From Verrucomicrobiia bacterium (GTDB lineage Bacteria; Verrucomicrobiota; Verrucomicrobiia; Limisphaerales; DASXHY01), in the NCBI GenBank assembly GCA_036272195.1, contig DATAZE010000049.1, forward strand, positions 1 through 64,000: a stretch of DNA of 64,000 nt, in the 5' to 3' direction. How positions within the stretch are numbered: position 1 is the stretch's first letter; each line of letters opens with the position of its first letter. The translations under genes were made by a program, and so were the position numbers. This document shows positions 62,401 to 64,000 of the stretch, piece by piece. Under the pieces are notes generated by a model that saw nothing but the letters and a program-made list of their open reading frames with translations, was not told where the DNA came from and searched no databases.

Positions 62401-63117
62401 ATGACCGTCACGCTTTTCATCCCTTGCTTTGTGGACCTGATGTTTCCGCGCGTCGGTATCAGCATCGTCGAGATTTTTGAAAAGCTCGGACATAAAATCG
62501 AGTATCCGGAAGACCTCACTTGCTGCGGACAGCCGGCTTTCAACTCCGGTTATTGGCCGGAAGCGCGCGAAGTCGCATTGCCGGTTTTGAAACGCCTGCG
62601 GAACACCGAAGTCGTTGTAATTGCCTCCGGTTCCTGCGGTGCCATGCTGAAGGTTTTTTATCCGCAACTCTTCGCCGGGACCGAACACGAGAAAGCGGCG
62701 CAGGAGCTCTCGGCAAAGTGCTATGAATTTTCTGATTTTCTCGTCACTAAATTGGGTGTTACCGATCTCGGCGCGCGTTTTCCCGCGAAGGTCACCTTTC
62801 ACGACGGCTGCCACGGTTTGCGCGAACTCGGCAACAAAAAACCCGCGCGCGATTTGCTCGCCAAAGTGCGCGGTCTTGAACTCGTGGAAATGCGCGATGC
62901 CGAGACCTGCTGCGGCTTCGGCGGAACATTTGCGGCAAAGTTTCCGATGATCTCCACTGCCATGGGCGAAGTGAAATGCGCATCCGCCTCTGAAACCGGC
63001 GCGGAGTATATCGTCTCGAACGATTCCAGCTGTCTCATGCACGTCCAGGGCCTGCTCGATAAACAAGGCCGTAAACTTAAAACCATTCACCTGGCCGAAG
63101 TGCTCGCGAGCAAATAA
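62401..63117 (+). CDS. lutA: (Fe-S)-binding protein LutA (L-lactate utilization, two CCG domains)
   Basis: CCG motifs (CCGQPAFNSGYW; CCGFGGTFAAKFP). MTVTLFIPCFVDLMFP is a typical LutA N-terminus. Confidence 0.8.
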   Translation: MTVTLFIPCFVDLMFPRVGISIVEIFEKLGHKIEYPEDLTCCGQPAFNSGYWPEAREVALPVLKRLRNTEVVVIASGSCGAMLKVFYPQLFAGTEHEKAAQELSAKCYEFSDFLVTKLGVTDLGARFPAKVTFHDGCHGLRELGNKKPARDLLAKVRGLELVEMRDAETCCGFGGTFAAKFPMISTAMGEVKCASASETGAEYIVSNDSSCLMHVQGLLDKQGRKLKTIHLAEVLASK

Positions 63118-63233
63118 CCATCAAAACCGCAGATGAACGCAAATGCACACAGATTGGGAAAGGGGCGCATTACGGATAACACAAAAACTTTTCGCATCTG
63201 CGTTTATTTACGTTCATGTGCGGTTGAAATTTG

Positions 63234-64000
63234 ATGATCTCGCCCTTCCAACAATTCAAAGCGCAGGCGGAAATCCTCACGCATGATTTGCGGCATCGCG
63301 ATATCGTCCAGACCGCGTTACGCAAATACGAGATCGTGCGCGACAAATCGCGCGGCGCATTCCAGGATTACCCCTCTGCACGACAGGCGGCGGCCGAGAC
63401 CAAATGGGAAGCCCTCAATCATCTCGATAAATATCTCGAGCAATTCGCCGCCAAACTCGAAGCGCGCGGCACGAAAGTTCATTGGGCCACCACCGGTGAA
63501 CAGGCGCGCGACATCATCCTCGGCATCATTCGTGAAAAAAAGGCGCGCTCCATCGTCAAGTCCAAGGCGATGACCTCGGAGGAAATCCATCTCAATCACG
63601 CCCTCGAACACGAGGGATTTGAAGTTGTGGAATCCGACCTGGGCGAATTCATCGTCCAACTTCGCAAAGAAACGCCGTATCATATCGTGTTTCCGGCGAT
63701 GCATCTCACGCGCGGCGACATTAAGGAATTATTCAATCGCGAACTGAACGCCAATTCAACCGACAATCCCGAGGAATTGACCATGGTCGCGCGCCGCGTC
63801 CTGCGGCAGAAATATATTCATGCCGACATTGGTTTCACCGGCGCGAATTTCGCCATCGCCGAAACCGGGATGATTTCCATCACGGAAAATGAGGGCAACG
63901 CCCGTCTGACCGCCGCGCTGCCGAAAACCATGATCACGCTGCTAGGCATCGAGAAAGTCTTGCCGCGCCTCGAAGACCTGGCGTTGTTTCTCCCGCTGTT
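63234..64000 (+). CDS. lutB: lactate utilization protein LutB (LUD/Fe-S), 3' truncated by window end; not in ORF track
   Basis: Manual translation from ATG 63234: MISPFQQFKAQAEILTHDLRHRDIVQTALRKYEIVRDKSRGAF...KVHWATTGEQARDIILGII...HIVFPAMHLTRGDIKELF...DIGFTGANFAIAETGMISITENEGNARL. Open to the end of the window. Confidence 0.75.
   Translation, partial: MISPFQQFKAQAEILTHDLRHRDIVQTALRKYEIVRDKSRGAFQDYPSARQAAAETKWEALNHLDKYLEQFAAKLEARGTKVHWATTGEQARDIILGIIREKKARSIVKSKAMTSEEIHLNHALEHEGFEVVESDLGEFIVQLRKETPYHIVFPAMHLTRGDIKELFNRELNANSTDNPEELTMVARRVLRQKYIHADIGFTGANFAIAETGMISITENEGNARLTAALPKTMITLLGIEKVLPRLEDLALFLPL

Noticed and set aside
62371-63090. 239-aa minus-strand ORF
   Set aside because: Antisense to lutA (CCG-domain motifs on the plus strand); no motifs.
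1-64000. CRISPR arrays or cas genes
   Set aside because: No regularly spaced direct repeats with unique spacers were seen. The repeats present are palindromic REP-like elements or tandem micro/mini-satellites.

Overview
High-GC (~58-60%) chromosomal segment with gene content typical of Verrucomicrobia/PVC-group bacteria: DUF1573 lipoprotein, an ECF sigma factor with a membrane extension, four-helix-bundle and DUF1559-like proteins, flotillin and a TMTC-like TPR membrane protein. Most of the window is housekeeping. It contains rpmH-rnpA-yidD-yidC-jag, prfB with its programmed +1 frameshift, trpC, trpF, lpxD, ruvC-ruvA, priA, alr, a DEAD-box helicase, an SNF2 helicase, three tRNAs (Gln-UUG, Arg-CCG, Arg-CCU), a macA/macB/ftsX-type efflux operon, an emrA/emrB-type pair and lutA/lutB. 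Things that stand out are listed below.
1. At the 5' end, a PadR regulator is followed by a translationally coupled tandem array of four paralogous membrane proteins. They share a ~65-aa N-terminal domain but carry different C-terminal modules: one has a cytoplasmic Clp_N double repeat, and one is split by an in-frame TAA. A fifth paralog lies 45 kb away.
2. The macAB-ftsX operon has two small selfish insertions in its intergenic spacers. One is a four-helix-bundle (TIGR02436-like) gene flanked by ~38-bp imperfect inverted repeats. The other is a REP-associated tyrosine transposase (RAYT) flanked by perfect 26-bp inverted repeats.
3. A 66-bp palindromic REP-like doublet is inserted in-frame inside trpC, adding 22 aa. 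A third copy of the same 26-bp unit lies after jag.
4. GTAG...CTAC-type REP-like palindromes cluster upstream of the flotillin gene and between two convergent genes at 30.5 kb.
5. TTGGA-repeat arrays and a long inverted repeat lie upstream of rpmH, and a 20-mer from that region recurs at 41.3 kb.
6. A lipoprotein carries a (CAG/CAA)18 microsatellite and a Gly/Asn-rich tail.
7. Two low-GC genes look horizontally acquired.
Many long antisense ORFs in the six-frame track are rejected as artefacts of high GC.
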